Assembly (NCBI GenBank): GCA_017409455.1
Contig: JAFQSS010000028.1
Coordinates: forward strand, 78,104-142,103
Direction of reading: 5' to 3'
Length of the DNA: 64,000 nt
DNA from: Clostridia bacterium
GTDB taxonomy: Bacteria > Bacillota > Clostridia > TANB77 > CAG-508
Shown here: positions 28,604 through 38,229 of the stretch, piece by piece
Layout: each line of letters begins with the position of its first letter
How positions within the stretch are numbered: position 1 is the stretch's first letter
Notes under the pieces: model-generated
Told to the model about the DNA's origin: nothing
Seen by the model: the letters and a program-made list of their open reading frames with translations, nothing else
Database searches by the model: none
Made by a program: the position numbers and the translations under genes

Positions 28604-29014
28604 ATTAGATAACTCCTCTTAAATATTTTTTATCATTCTATCATATTTGTATTATTTATTCTATACTCATTATAAATTTTACCTCAAAAAACTTTCTATT
28701 TTTTATTTTTCCTAATATATTTAATTTTATAAAAAAATTGCTACCCTTTACTATAATTATTTTAATCTTTTATTTTAATTTGATAACCTAATAATAAATG
28801 TAAAACTTAAACTATAAAATATAAAAAACATATAAATTGTAATTAGATAATACCTTTAACTGGCATTTAAATTCTTTCTCATTTTATTTTCAATCATCAT
28901 TTATAATTATAGGCTCATTTGCAGTTCTGCAAATTCCGCACAAAGGGTAGCAATAGGGCTGTTAAAATCTTTTTTCATTTAACTTGTTGAATGACTTTAC
29001 AAGCACCCAATATT

Positions 29015-29521
29015 TTAAATATTAACTTCAAATTCTATTGAGTTCAATTTTGATATTTCAAAATCAGTTTCTTGAATCTTCTTTTCTATTAATTCATTCT
29101 CATTCTTGATTTTCTCTATATCATAATTCAATGTTTTGCATTCGAAATATGAATTATTTACTTCTGTAACTCTTCTTTTAGAATTTCTCTTATTTAGTAA
29201 TGAACTATATAAAGACTTCATTTTTCTTAAGTTTGTATTATCAACTATAGCTTCTTGAATAGTTCTTCCATCTGGTAACTTAAATGTGTTATTTTTTTCG
29301 TATATAATTGATTTAATTTTTGTTATCTTTATTTGTGTTTGCTTATACTCTTCAAATATCTTCTTAAAATCTTCGGTATAATCCTCTATTACATTAATTT
29401 TTCCATCTAATTCTTGAATTGATGTGTTATATGCGTATTCATTTACATTACACCCATATTCTGCGAATTTTCTTTCTTCTTCTGCAACTACATTCATTAA
29501 ACTTGATAAATTTGTTTTCAT
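29015..29521 (-). CDS. hypothetical coiled-coil protein (element cargo)
   Basis: 168-aa ORF with no recognisable motif. Confidence 0.4.
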   Translation of the reverse strand: MKTNLSSLMNVVAEEERKFAEYGCNVNEYAYNTSIQELDGKINVIEDYTEDFKKIFEEYKQTQIKITKIKSIIYEKNNTFKLPDGRTIQEAIVDNTNLRKMKSLYSSLLNKRNSKRRVTEVNNSYFECKTLNYDIEKIKNENELIEKKIQETDFEISKLNSIEFEVNI

Positions 29522-29682
29522 TTAATTCACTCCATTCTTTTTGATTTTTTGTTTCAAACCTTTGTTTGATTATAATATTGCTTTTTCTTTTTGTCAATAT
29601 CCATTTTAAAATTTTTATATTTTTTACCAAAAGAAAAAAACATACTTATTAGTATGCTTTCTAGGTATTAATTATTTAATTT

Positions 29683-29874
29683 TTATAACTCTAGTTCATC
29701 TTCCATTTCTTCGTGAGAATTTTGATAAGAATTTGAATTTTTATAATCAAATATTACTTTGTCATCATTCTCAGCTAAATTATAAGCAAGAACACCAGCC
29801 ATAGCTTGTACTATTTGTTCTTCAGTATTAGGATTTATAAACGTTATCTTCAAACCCTTTTTCAAAACTCTCAC
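29683..29874 (-). CDS. small acidic hypothetical protein (63 aa)
   Basis: ORF only. Its position in the element makes it one candidate for an accessory or directionality factor (speculative). Confidence 0.3.
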   Translation of the reverse strand: MRVLKKGLKITFINPNTEEQIVQAMAGVLAYNLAENDDKVIFDYKNSNSYQNSHEEMEDELEL

Positions 29875-29946
29875 CTTCTTTCACTTCAATACTATTATTT
29901 AAAGTTTAAAAATATTACTAAAATAAAAAAATATACTCTGAACAAA

Positions 29947-30426
29947 TCAAAGTACATTTGACACATATATTCTTTTACTTTTTACACTACTTGCATTTAC
30001 AATATTACTTACTCTTTTTGGTACATCAAAAGCAAATTTAAATCCTCTTTTCAAGACTAAATCACTACTATTTTTATCGTATCTAAACATATCTCTATTC
30101 CATTTTACAAAAGATAAGTCTGATATTTCATTTGAATAAGATAATTCCTTACTTGCTTGATTATGCTGCATTTTTACATACTCATCCAATTGCTTATTAT
30201 AATCATTCTGTCTTTTGTTTCTAATCCATTCACGTTTGGCTATTTTGTGATTTTCTTTGCCGATATGAGCTCTATATTCCTTTTCTTCAATATATCTTGA
30301 ATCCTTTTTAATTATTTTTGTTACATATGATGGATTTACTCCTAATTCTTTGGCAATAACACTTGGTTTTAGATGTTCTTCATAAAATTTTTCAATAATA
30401 ATTTCTTTTACTTCCATAAAAACCAC
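29947..30426 (-). CDS. putative HTH DNA-binding protein
   Basis: The N-terminus KPSVIAKELGVNPSYVTKIIKK looks like an HTH. 159 aa; the likely start is MEVKE at 30417. Confidence 0.45.
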   Translation of the reverse strand: MVFMEVKEIIIEKFYEEHLKPSVIAKELGVNPSYVTKIIKKDSRYIEEKEYRAHIGKENHKIAKREWIRNKRQNDYNKQLDEYVKMQHNQASKELSYSNEISDLSFVKWNRDMFRYDKNSSDLVLKRGFKFAFDVPKRVSNIVNASSVKSKRIYVSNVL

Positions 30427-30610
30427 ATCCTTATTTGGTAAAATTTTCGTCTACAAATTTTAAATGTAGTTATACTACTTGACATTTTTAAGTAATTAGT
30501 GTAATATGTTATTGTATTAAATTTATTAATTGCAATTACATTATAAAGTAATACTTGTAATATGTCAAGTTATTACAGATAATTTTTTTGAATTTTTTTG
30601 GGGGTTCAAT

Positions 30611-31501
30611 ATGGAATTCAATTTTAAAAGTAACAGTCCATATTCATATTTGAGATATGGTAACTATGAAGCTAAATATAAAGGAAAAGAACAATATCTT
30701 GTACCAAATGTAGAAGGTATTATAAATATTAGAGATTTATATGATATGTTTAGTAAAATGGACTTAATTCTTGTTGATTTATTAAACATGGGAAGAATGT
30801 GTATAGAAGATGATGATGAACGTACAAAATTTGCTTCTGCTTACTTTTTTGTTAAACAATATGGTTTATTAGGATTTATGGTTGATATACCAATCAATAC
30901 AGACTTTATGCTAATGGATGAAGTAACATTAAAAGAAGATAATTTTATAAGCAAAAATTGTATAATGAAAACTAAAGATTATTTTGAATTATTCTTTCCT
31001 TTTGCTACTAATGATGAGATGAGTTATACCGTAACAAATGGAAAAGTTGTTATTGAATCAACATTTTATCTACAAGAAATGTTAAAGCAATCGTCATTAA
31101 GTAACCAATTAATATATTCTAATTTCTATTGTGAAAAAGTTGAATGGATAGTTGAATATGCAAAGAAAATGTATAGTATTTTTAAAAAAGTTTTTGACAA
31201 ACAAAACAATAATGCTCAAGAATTTAACATAAAAGAAGATGTAGTTAAATATTATTTTTCTGGTGTACCATATAAAATTAATATGTATGGAAAAACTCCT
31301 GAAATATCTTGGCAACCTAATTCATTAAAACAAGCCATAGACTTATCTTTTGGTTTTATGCTTTGTAGTGAAAAAAATCCTTTAAAAATTTGTAAACATT
31401 GTGGTAAAGTATTTTATGCTAAAAATCCAAAAGCTGAATATTGTAGTCCTCAATGTAGAAATCAAGCTAATGTTTATAAAAGTAGAGAAAAAAATAAATA
31501 A
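30611..31501 (+). CDS. hypothetical protein with C-terminal CxxC...CxxC zinc ribbon
   Basis: ORF track gives 30530..31501. MEFNFK at 30611 follows a GGGGG SD sequence. C-terminus is CKHCGKVFYAKNPKAEYCSPQCRNQ. Confidence 0.5.
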   Translation: MEFNFKSNSPYSYLRYGNYEAKYKGKEQYLVPNVEGIINIRDLYDMFSKMDLILVDLLNMGRMCIEDDDERTKFASAYFFVKQYGLLGFMVDIPINTDFMLMDEVTLKEDNFISKNCIMKTKDYFELFFPFATNDEMSYTVTNGKVVIESTFYLQEMLKQSSLSNQLIYSNFYCEKVEWIVEYAKKMYSIFKKVFDKQNNNAQEFNIKEDVVKYYFSGVPYKINMYGKTPEISWQPNSLKQAIDLSFGFMLCSEKNPLKICKHCGKVFYAKNPKAEYCSPQCRNQANVYKSREKNK

Positions 31502-31587
31502 CATAAAAAACCATATAAACTTATCAATTTATATGGTTTTTTATTTATTATTAACTTTCTTTAGTTTAAACCTAATTATTACCTTTT

Positions 31588-32385
31588 TTATTTAATTAAC
31601 TTTTTTGCATGTAGAATTATTCTATAATTATTGTTATTACCACATGTTGAAAGTGTTAAAATTTCATCATTATCACTAACATCAACATTAAAATTATATT
31701 TACTTCTATTTTTCATAGTATTTATAAATGTATTAAATTCTTTTCCTTTAAAATTTGTTTTTATATAATAGTCTTCATTCTCTATTTGATAAACTGAAAA
31801 CACTTCATAAATAGCATTTTCACTTTCTGTAATAAAAGTAATATATCTATTTTCTTCGTTTTCTTTCCACTCACTATCTAATACGTTTTTTAAGCTTGAA
31901 AACATTGTACCATTCTTCATATTATGACCGTAAATTATAATATTTTTATCAGCACCATCAAGATTATTCCTATAATCTACAAAAATCCAACCTGCACTAT
32001 TTTGTTTCTTTTCGAAATTATGTGATAAATAATAATTATTATCTTTGGATTTTACTACCACTTGTTCTATGTCTGTACCATTTACCTTTAAAAATCCTAC
32101 TACATCACTATTCTTTTGACTTAGGCTTTTAAAATCAATAATATAATTATTATCTTCCATACTATCATTAGGTATTTCTTGAATTTCAATGTCTTCTGCA
32201 ATCTCATCAAATACTTTTTCATTTTCTTTACTATCTTTTATATAATTTAATATATTAATTGCAGAGACAACAAATAATATAATAAAGAAAAAAAGTACAC
32301 TAAATAATATTAATTTTACTATCTTTTTACTTTTGACTTCTTTTTTGTTACTGCTCAAAATAAACTCCTTTATATATCTAATCAT
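31588..32385 (-). CDS. srtB: class B sortase
   Basis: N-terminal TM helix, VGFLKVNGTDIEQVVV, IIIYGHNMKNGTMFSSL and LTLSTC catalytic Cys. Confidence 0.8.
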   Translation of the reverse strand: MIRYIKEFILSSNKKEVKSKKIVKLILFSVLFFFIILFVVSAINILNYIKDSKENEKVFDEIAEDIEIQEIPNDSMEDNNYIIDFKSLSQKNSDVVGFLKVNGTDIEQVVVKSKDNNYYLSHNFEKKQNSAGWIFVDYRNNLDGADKNIIIYGHNMKNGTMFSSLKNVLDSEWKENEENRYITFITESENAIYEVFSVYQIENEDYYIKTNFKGKEFNTFINTMKNRSKYNFNVDVSDNDEILTLSTCGNNNNYRIILHAKKLIK

Positions 32386-32792
32386 TGTTTATAAAAAGTA
32401 TAATTCCCTGTAGTGCCTTTAATTCCTTTCAAGATTAGGTTTTCTTTTTCAAAAAAATACTCATAACTTGAATCTCTCGTTTCTTTACTTTCAAAATTTA
32501 TAAACAAATTATTTCCTTCTATTTTATATGTAAACTTATATTCACTTAAAGGAAGTTTTAAGGTTCCATTTCCATTTTCTTTAAACTCATAAACTGTTAC
32601 TCCATCTGTAGTCCATACCCCAATCAATGTCTTTTCCTGTTGGATATTTTCACTTTCAATATTTTTTTTATTAATATTTCCTTTAAACTTTACTATAAAT
32701 ACAACAACCAAAACAGATAAAATAACTGCAATAACTAATAATAGTTTATTTCTCTTTTTTCTATTATTTTTTATTTCTGTGTTATCGTTCAT
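32382..32792 (-). CDS. hypothetical membrane-anchored protein, translationally coupled to srtB
   Basis: 136 aa with an N-terminal TM helix. 4-nt ATGA overlap with the srtB start. Confidence 0.4.
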   Translation of the reverse strand: MNDNTEIKNNRKKRNKLLLVIAVILSVLVVVFIVKFKGNINKKNIESENIQQEKTLIGVWTTDGVTVYEFKENGNGTLKLPLSEYKFTYKIEGNNLFINFESKETRDSSYEYFFEKENLILKGIKGTTGNYTFYKQ

Positions 32793-32873
32793 AATGCACT
32801 CCTTTCTTATTAATATTTAAAAAGCGATAATAGTTTATACTACTATCGCTTTCAAATATATCATTAGATTATA

Positions 32874-35813
32874 TTAGTCTCTTTTCTTTATATATTTACA
32901 TGTTCCTAAAATTCCTAAAGTAGAAACTAAAATTAATACAACCCATAGTATTATATTGTCTCCAGTTTTTGGAGAAGAACTTGTAGTATTCTTATCTGTT
33001 CTATCTGTTGTTTCTTCTTTTATTTCTGTATCTACACTTGTGTCTGTATCTGTATCGTTTTTATCATTATCTGGTAATATATTAGTATCATCTTTAATCT
33101 CTTCTTTAACTATAGTAAAATCTGTTGATACTTCCCCATCTGAATATAAAAATGTTAATGTATGTTTTCCTTCTGCAAGTGTATTTAAATATTCTTTTTT
33201 TAGTGTTACTACTGTACTTCCTGAAACCACTATATAATTTGATGGTTCTAATATTTTATCATCAACTTTTAGCCCATCGAATTTAGATATTTCTCCATTT
33301 GCTTTTACTATAAAATCCTTTTCTTCTTCAACAATATATGTTTGATTTTCTCCTTCTATAATTTTATATATTATTTTTTCTGAAGGAGTAGTTAATTTAA
33401 CACCTAATTCAATATAATTGTCATAAATATAAAGTATTTTATCAACATTTTTTCCATTCACTATAACTTCAACATCGTCAGATAGAAAATATTCACTATC
33501 AGTTTCAATAAATATCCTTGCATAATAGTCTGTATTGTATTCAAAAGTACCAATAAATGGTTCAGGTTCAAATTCATACTCCAAACTAGTTATCCAATTC
33601 ATATAGTTACATTCTCCATCAAAATCAAATAAATGATAATTAGATCCATTAGGAATTGTTATTTCCACTTGTGGCTTTTGAGTATCCCAATTCCAAAAAT
33701 ATTCATCAAATTTCTCTATTGTAACTTTATCTCCAACTGTAGGTGTTTCTACATTAATGCTAATATTTTTTATAATATTTTCATTTTTAACCCATTTTGC
33801 ATAAAGTGTCATATCTGCATAAATTGTTCTACCAAAATAAAATTTAAATTGACATGTTGCATCCTCATACCAACCCATAAAAGTATATCCTTCTTTTGTA
33901 GGACTTTCCGGTTCTTTTATAGTACCTCCTCTAGCTACTGTTTGAGTTTCTACCATGCTCCCATCATCTACGTTAAAATTCACTTTGAATGATGATTTGA
34001 GTTCAAAATTAGCAAATAAATCAATATCACTATCTACAAATATTTGACTTCCTGGTAAATACAACTCTCCTAAATACATCCAACCTTTAAATTCAAAATT
34101 TTTATCATAATATTGTGCATCACAGTTTGGTAAAACATACATACCAGCAACATCTGTTACATCTGGCATTAAACCTTCTACTCCATTTATATGAAATTTA
34201 ACGGTATATGTATCTTTCTTCCATTGAGCATATAAATTAACAACAGTTTCATTTTCATCAGATAATCCATATACATTATCATAAACATTATAAGCTGTAC
34301 CACTTCCATCAGGTTTTGTATTCCATCCTATAATTTCTTTTTCATTTTCTGAAAATATATCTTTAGAAAAATCAACAGTTTGTCCATAAAAATAGCTCTT
34401 ATCTACATAGTTATTCGTTCCATCATTTGCATTATATCTTACAACATATGAATTAGTATATTTATCATCAAAACTGATATCTATGTCAATTGAATTATCT
34501 TCATTCTTTTGTAAATATGCAATCTTTATGTTTGTACTTTCCTTTAAATTAGAAGAAGAATCACTTATATTAGAATACCTTCTTGGAAAAAAGGCATCCT
34601 TTGGATTTTGTAATACACTAATAACAAAATCACCTTTTCTATCACATGCTTGATAAGCTCCAAGTTCATCATAACCAAGTTTATCAACTCTCCATATATT
34701 TATACCTTCATAATTAGAATAGCACGCATCTTCCAGATCATCAATGTCAGCCCAACGACTATACATAGTAATTTGTGATTCAAAGCTATCTGCTTTCCTA
34801 TTTTCAATAATATAATATTGATTATTATCTTCTGTAGGAACTATAACTATATTATACAAAGGGCTAGTAGTAGGATAAAGTTTAACAGTTGAATTTTTAT
34901 CAACAATTTCATAATCATGCCACCCAAAAGTAATTTTGTGAAGTGGATCAACATGAGCAGGAAGAGTATAGTTATTAGAAGCACCTGGATATCTTAAATC
35001 CGGAATAGTTGATTGAAGGGTAGTTTCTCCCATAAGAGTGGCTTGCCCTTTCTGTCCATATAAATCAGGCATTTCTATTGCGTGTCCTAATTCATGAGTA
35101 ACTGTTGATATTACAGAACTATACTTAATAACAGTAACAGAAGCAGAAAGGTTATCACATAAATCATATTCTGCCCAATGTTCAACCGCTATATTAGGGA
35201 ATATACATAAAACGTGTTTTTCTGGATTTGCTACCCAATATCCTGCACCAGATTCGTCTTTATGCCAAATCACATCAAATCCACTTGGAACAAAACCTTT
35301 ATCCGTTAAGGTTTTAAATCCTTCTTTAATATCAGATGAAAAGTTCTCCATATTGTAAGTTTTATTAAATCTTATAGGATAAATTCCTGTTGTATTATCA
35401 CCAATTAGTATTGGATTAAAATAAAATTTACCATTCGAATTTTCTTTATAAAAATCATTAACACTCCAAGTTTGTTCATCAATATTTCCACTACCAAATA
35501 TTTCGTTATGATATTTTGTTTCAATTTCTTGATCTGTCATATTAAAAACATAATCTGTTTTTTCATTATGGTCAATATAATCATCATATAAAAAGACCAT
35601 TACTAACAAATCATTTGGATTTGTTCTTTCTGACATATCAGGAAAAAATAGATTGTAACTATTTTCTTCTGTATTAGCATAACTATAATTACATGCACAT
35701 GTAAAACACAATACTAACAACATAAAAAATAAAACTAACGTTTTTTTCATCTCTACCACCCCATAATAAATATATATATACATATTATTATATATTCTTT
35801 TTTTTGTCAACAA
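32874..35813 (-). CDS. cell-wall-anchored zinc metalloprotease (HExxH, M6/InhA-like) with Listeria-Bacteroides (InlB B-type) repeats and an SPKTG sorting signal
   Basis: HELGHAIEMPDLYG; repeats such as GYTFMGWYEDATCQFKF and IIGWNTKPDGSG. C-terminus is SPKTGD followed by a hydrophobic helix and KKRD. The likely true start is MKKTLVLFF at 35750, after a GGTGGTAGAG SD sequence. Confidence 0.7.
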   Translation of the reverse strand: MLTKKRIYNNMYIYIYYGVVEMKKTLVLFFMLLVLCFTCACNYSYANTEENSYNLFFPDMSERTNPNDLLVMVFLYDDYIDHNEKTDYVFNMTDQEIETKYHNEIFGSGNIDEQTWSVNDFYKENSNGKFYFNPILIGDNTTGIYPIRFNKTYNMENFSSDIKEGFKTLTDKGFVPSGFDVIWHKDESGAGYWVANPEKHVLCIFPNIAVEHWAEYDLCDNLSASVTVIKYSSVISTVTHELGHAIEMPDLYGQKGQATLMGETTLQSTIPDLRYPGASNNYTLPAHVDPLHKITFGWHDYEIVDKNSTVKLYPTTSPLYNIVIVPTEDNNQYYIIENRKADSFESQITMYSRWADIDDLEDACYSNYEGINIWRVDKLGYDELGAYQACDRKGDFVISVLQNPKDAFFPRRYSNISDSSSNLKESTNIKIAYLQKNEDNSIDIDISFDDKYTNSYVVRYNANDGTNNYVDKSYFYGQTVDFSKDIFSENEKEIIGWNTKPDGSGTAYNVYDNVYGLSDENETVVNLYAQWKKDTYTVKFHINGVEGLMPDVTDVAGMYVLPNCDAQYYDKNFEFKGWMYLGELYLPGSQIFVDSDIDLFANFELKSSFKVNFNVDDGSMVETQTVARGGTIKEPESPTKEGYTFMGWYEDATCQFKFYFGRTIYADMTLYAKWVKNENIIKNISINVETPTVGDKVTIEKFDEYFWNWDTQKPQVEITIPNGSNYHLFDFDGECNYMNWITSLEYEFEPEPFIGTFEYNTDYYARIFIETDSEYFLSDDVEVIVNGKNVDKILYIYDNYIELGVKLTTPSEKIIYKIIEGENQTYIVEEEKDFIVKANGEISKFDGLKVDDKILEPSNYIVVSGSTVVTLKKEYLNTLAEGKHTLTFLYSDGEVSTDFTIVKEEIKDDTNILPDNDKNDTDTDTSVDTEIKEETTDRTDKNTTSSSPKTGDNIILWVVLILVSTLGILGTCKYIKKRD

Positions 35814-35943
35814 ATTAACAGCTTTTTTGTTAATTTATAACTTAATAAGTTTTAGCGGTGTTAAATTATCTGTGTTTTATCTTTATAATCTATATATAAA
35901 CAATTTTTATATTATTAATTTAATATAAAAGAAGGAGGAATTT

Positions 35944-36207
35944 ATGACTTCTATGGAATTAGTCGGACTTAATACTAAATGGTATAGGTATCAAAATAAT
36001 TTAACTCAAGAACAATATGCAAATAAAACAAAATTTAAGATGGCTTATATTAGTGTTATTGAAACTGGAAATGCTAATCTAACTTGTAAAAATATAGATT
36101 TTATAGCAAAATCATTTAATATAAAACCAGAATTATTATTCAACGAAAAAACTGCTAAACTTGCTCAAAAACTACCTGTTAGAGTAGATATGTATAAAAG
36201 GAAATAA
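35944..36207 (+). CDS. XRE-family HTH transcriptional regulator
   Basis: 87 aa. LTQEQYANKTKFKMAYISVIETGNANLT is a typical Cro/CI HTH. Confidence 0.7.
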   Translation: MTSMELVGLNTKWYRYQNNLTQEQYANKTKFKMAYISVIETGNANLTCKNIDFIAKSFNIKPELLFNEKTAKLAQKLPVRVDMYKRK

Positions 36208-36237
36208 ATTTTAAAAGTTTATTTCCTTTTATTTTTA

Positions 36238-37494
36238 TTACCTTTCTAAATCCCATTCTTTTTCTCTTTCCTCATGTTTTATCTGTCTTTCTGGATCTAT
36301 AAAAGTATTTGTTTCTTCTTGAAAATCTCTAATTAAATTATCTTCTTCAGCAATATCAAATTTTCTAACAATCCATTTTATAAACTTCTTAACTGTTTTT
36401 TCAAAAGTATTTATAATCTTTCTTAAATACCTATTTTCACCTAATAAGTCATCATATTTTCTGTTAAATTCCCTTTTTAGTTCATATTCTTTATTACTAA
36501 AATTATCTTGCATTTTTTGCAATTCTGCATTATATTCCTTTTCAAGCTTTTTAGATTTTCTCTCAAGTTCTTCTTCCATTTCAGCACATTTACTTTTCAA
36601 TTTATATTGTTCTAATAGTATATTTTCTCTTTCTTTTTCAAATTTTTCTGCAGAGTCTATTATATTTACTTGCTTTTCCAATTTTTCGTGTAATTGTTTA
36701 TTATCATAATATAAAGTTTCAATAAGTTTATCTTTTGGCTTTATAATTTCATTTAAAATTTTTTCATCTCTACCAATCATAACTTTCTTTATATCTTTTA
36801 ATTCAGGAACTTCTGGTAATTCTAATTTTATATTTTTTAGTGTTTCTTTTGTTTTCTCAAAATTAGTTATATTTTTAAACTCTTGAATTGTATAATGCTC
36901 CCTGTTTGTTTCTTCTTTTGGTAATCCTCTCTCAAGTTCAAATCCTTTTTGTGTTACATACTCATAATAAGCATTTTGCAATTTCCTATAACTATCTCTT
37001 CCTTCCCAAAAATCTCTGCAACATATTTTATCAATATCATTTCCATCTTTATCTTGTGTATGAATTGTAGGAATATATATTAAATGCATATGTGGTGTAC
37101 CTTCATCTAAATGAACAACTGCTGATATTATATTTTCTTCTCCAAGATTTTTGTATTTACTTATAAATTTATAACTTTCCTCAAAATATCTTTTTGTTTC
37201 TTCTATACCAATTTTATTAAAAAACTCTTTATCTGATGTAAATATCATTTCACACATTATAATACTGTTGCTTCTGATTTGCCCTTGTAAATTATTCTCT
37301 TTTTTTATTCTGTCAAATTCTTTTATATAACTTAGCTTATTTTTCTTTAAGTAATAATTCAAATGTGTTCTTTCTACATCTATTTCTTTGTTTGAATGAT
37401 TTTTTGATTTTCTATTATTATGAACACATATTCCTTGTGCTTGCACTCTTGTTAATTTCTCATTTCTTACTATGGCATAACTCATAGTCTTCAC
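36238..37494 (-). CDS. mob: MobV-family (Pre/Mob) relaxase
   Basis: MSYAIVRNEKLT N-terminus and the HLDEGTPHMHLIYIP metal-binding motif (HxDE..PHxH), followed by a long coiled-coil tail. Confidence 0.85.
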   Translation of the reverse strand: MKTMSYAIVRNEKLTRVQAQGICVHNNRKSKNHSNKEIDVERTHLNYYLKKNKLSYIKEFDRIKKENNLQGQIRSNSIIMCEMIFTSDKEFFNKIGIEETKRYFEESYKFISKYKNLGEENIISAVVHLDEGTPHMHLIYIPTIHTQDKDGNDIDKICCRDFWEGRDSYRKLQNAYYEYVTQKGFELERGLPKEETNREHYTIQEFKNITNFEKTKETLKNIKLELPEVPELKDIKKVMIGRDEKILNEIIKPKDKLIETLYYDNKQLHEKLEKQVNIIDSAEKFEKERENILLEQYKLKSKCAEMEEELERKSKKLEKEYNAELQKMQDNFSNKEYELKREFNRKYDDLLGENRYLRKIINTFEKTVKKFIKWIVRKFDIAEEDNLIRDFQEETNTFIDPERQIKHEEREKEWDLER

Positions 37495-37528
37495 CGTCCT
37501 TTCTAATATAATAAATTTATTTGTCTAA

Positions 37529-37566
37529 CACACTAGACAAGTTTTTTCAAAACTTATCTGTGTGGC
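37529..37566. promoter_or_regulatory. candidate oriT (imperfect inverted repeat ending in GTGTG) upstream of the MobV gene
   Basis: CACACTAGACAAGTTTT-TTC-AAAACTTATCTGTGTG lies 35-70 nt upstream of the relaxase start. Confidence 0.4.
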
Positions 37567-37701
37567 AGGGATACCCCACACCCCAAACCTAAAAAAGCTA
37601 CTGCATTTTTAGGTTATTAAATAAAAAATGCTTGTCGCAATTTTTATTTAATTGAGCCAAAAAATAAATTTTTTGACTCACTCACTTTAGCTATTCCAAA
37701 G

Positions 37702-38088
37702 TAGAAACCAGAGGGAGAGAGCTAAAGTGAATTAGGCGTAATAATCCCTTATTTTAAAAAAAGGAATTATTACACCTATTTAAGCAGAAACCGTCGGTCG
37801 TTCGCCTCATTTCATAGGTAGTCTAGTAAGTAGCATTGCTACTATAATTGCTGATGCTTATAAGCACCTTTGTTCATACTTGTCCAAACTTTTTGCAATT
37901 ATAAATCCTCAGCCAAGTTTTGCCACCGAATACTCTTTTTTTTATTGTGAGTCTGTGTTCAAAAATCTCACTCACGCACTTCATACTAATAGACTGTTAG
38001 CATTTATACGAATGAACTTTATAGCATCGGCTCATTACACCTATCACTTTTTAAGAGTTTGAGGCATTATCTCTTGCATAAGAAAAAA
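37702..38088 (-). ncRNA. conserved structured element, copy A (RNA or single-strand DNA function; homologous to 55389-55765)
   Basis: The reverse complement aligns by eye with 55389-55765 over its whole length, with blocks such as AGTGCGTGAGTGAGATTTTT, CTACTTACTAGACTACCTATGAAA and GATTATTACGCCTAATT. Several hairpins are conserved. Confidence 0.5.
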
Positions 38089-38229
38089 CACACTTGCAAC
38101 TTTAAATTGCAAATGTGCTTATCTTACTAATATTTAATTTTGTTTGCCCTCACGTTTTATTTTCAGCCAAATAAAACTGCAAGGTAATAAATTATGCCTA
38201 CCCAAAAGAGTAGACACAAAATTTCTTAT

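Noticed and set aside
29448-29630. 60-aa ORF overlapping the start of the 168-aa gene. A similar case is 21136..21321, which overlaps rnhB/pdp.
   Set aside because: They overlap better-supported ORFs in another frame, lack an SD sequence and have basic low-complexity translations.
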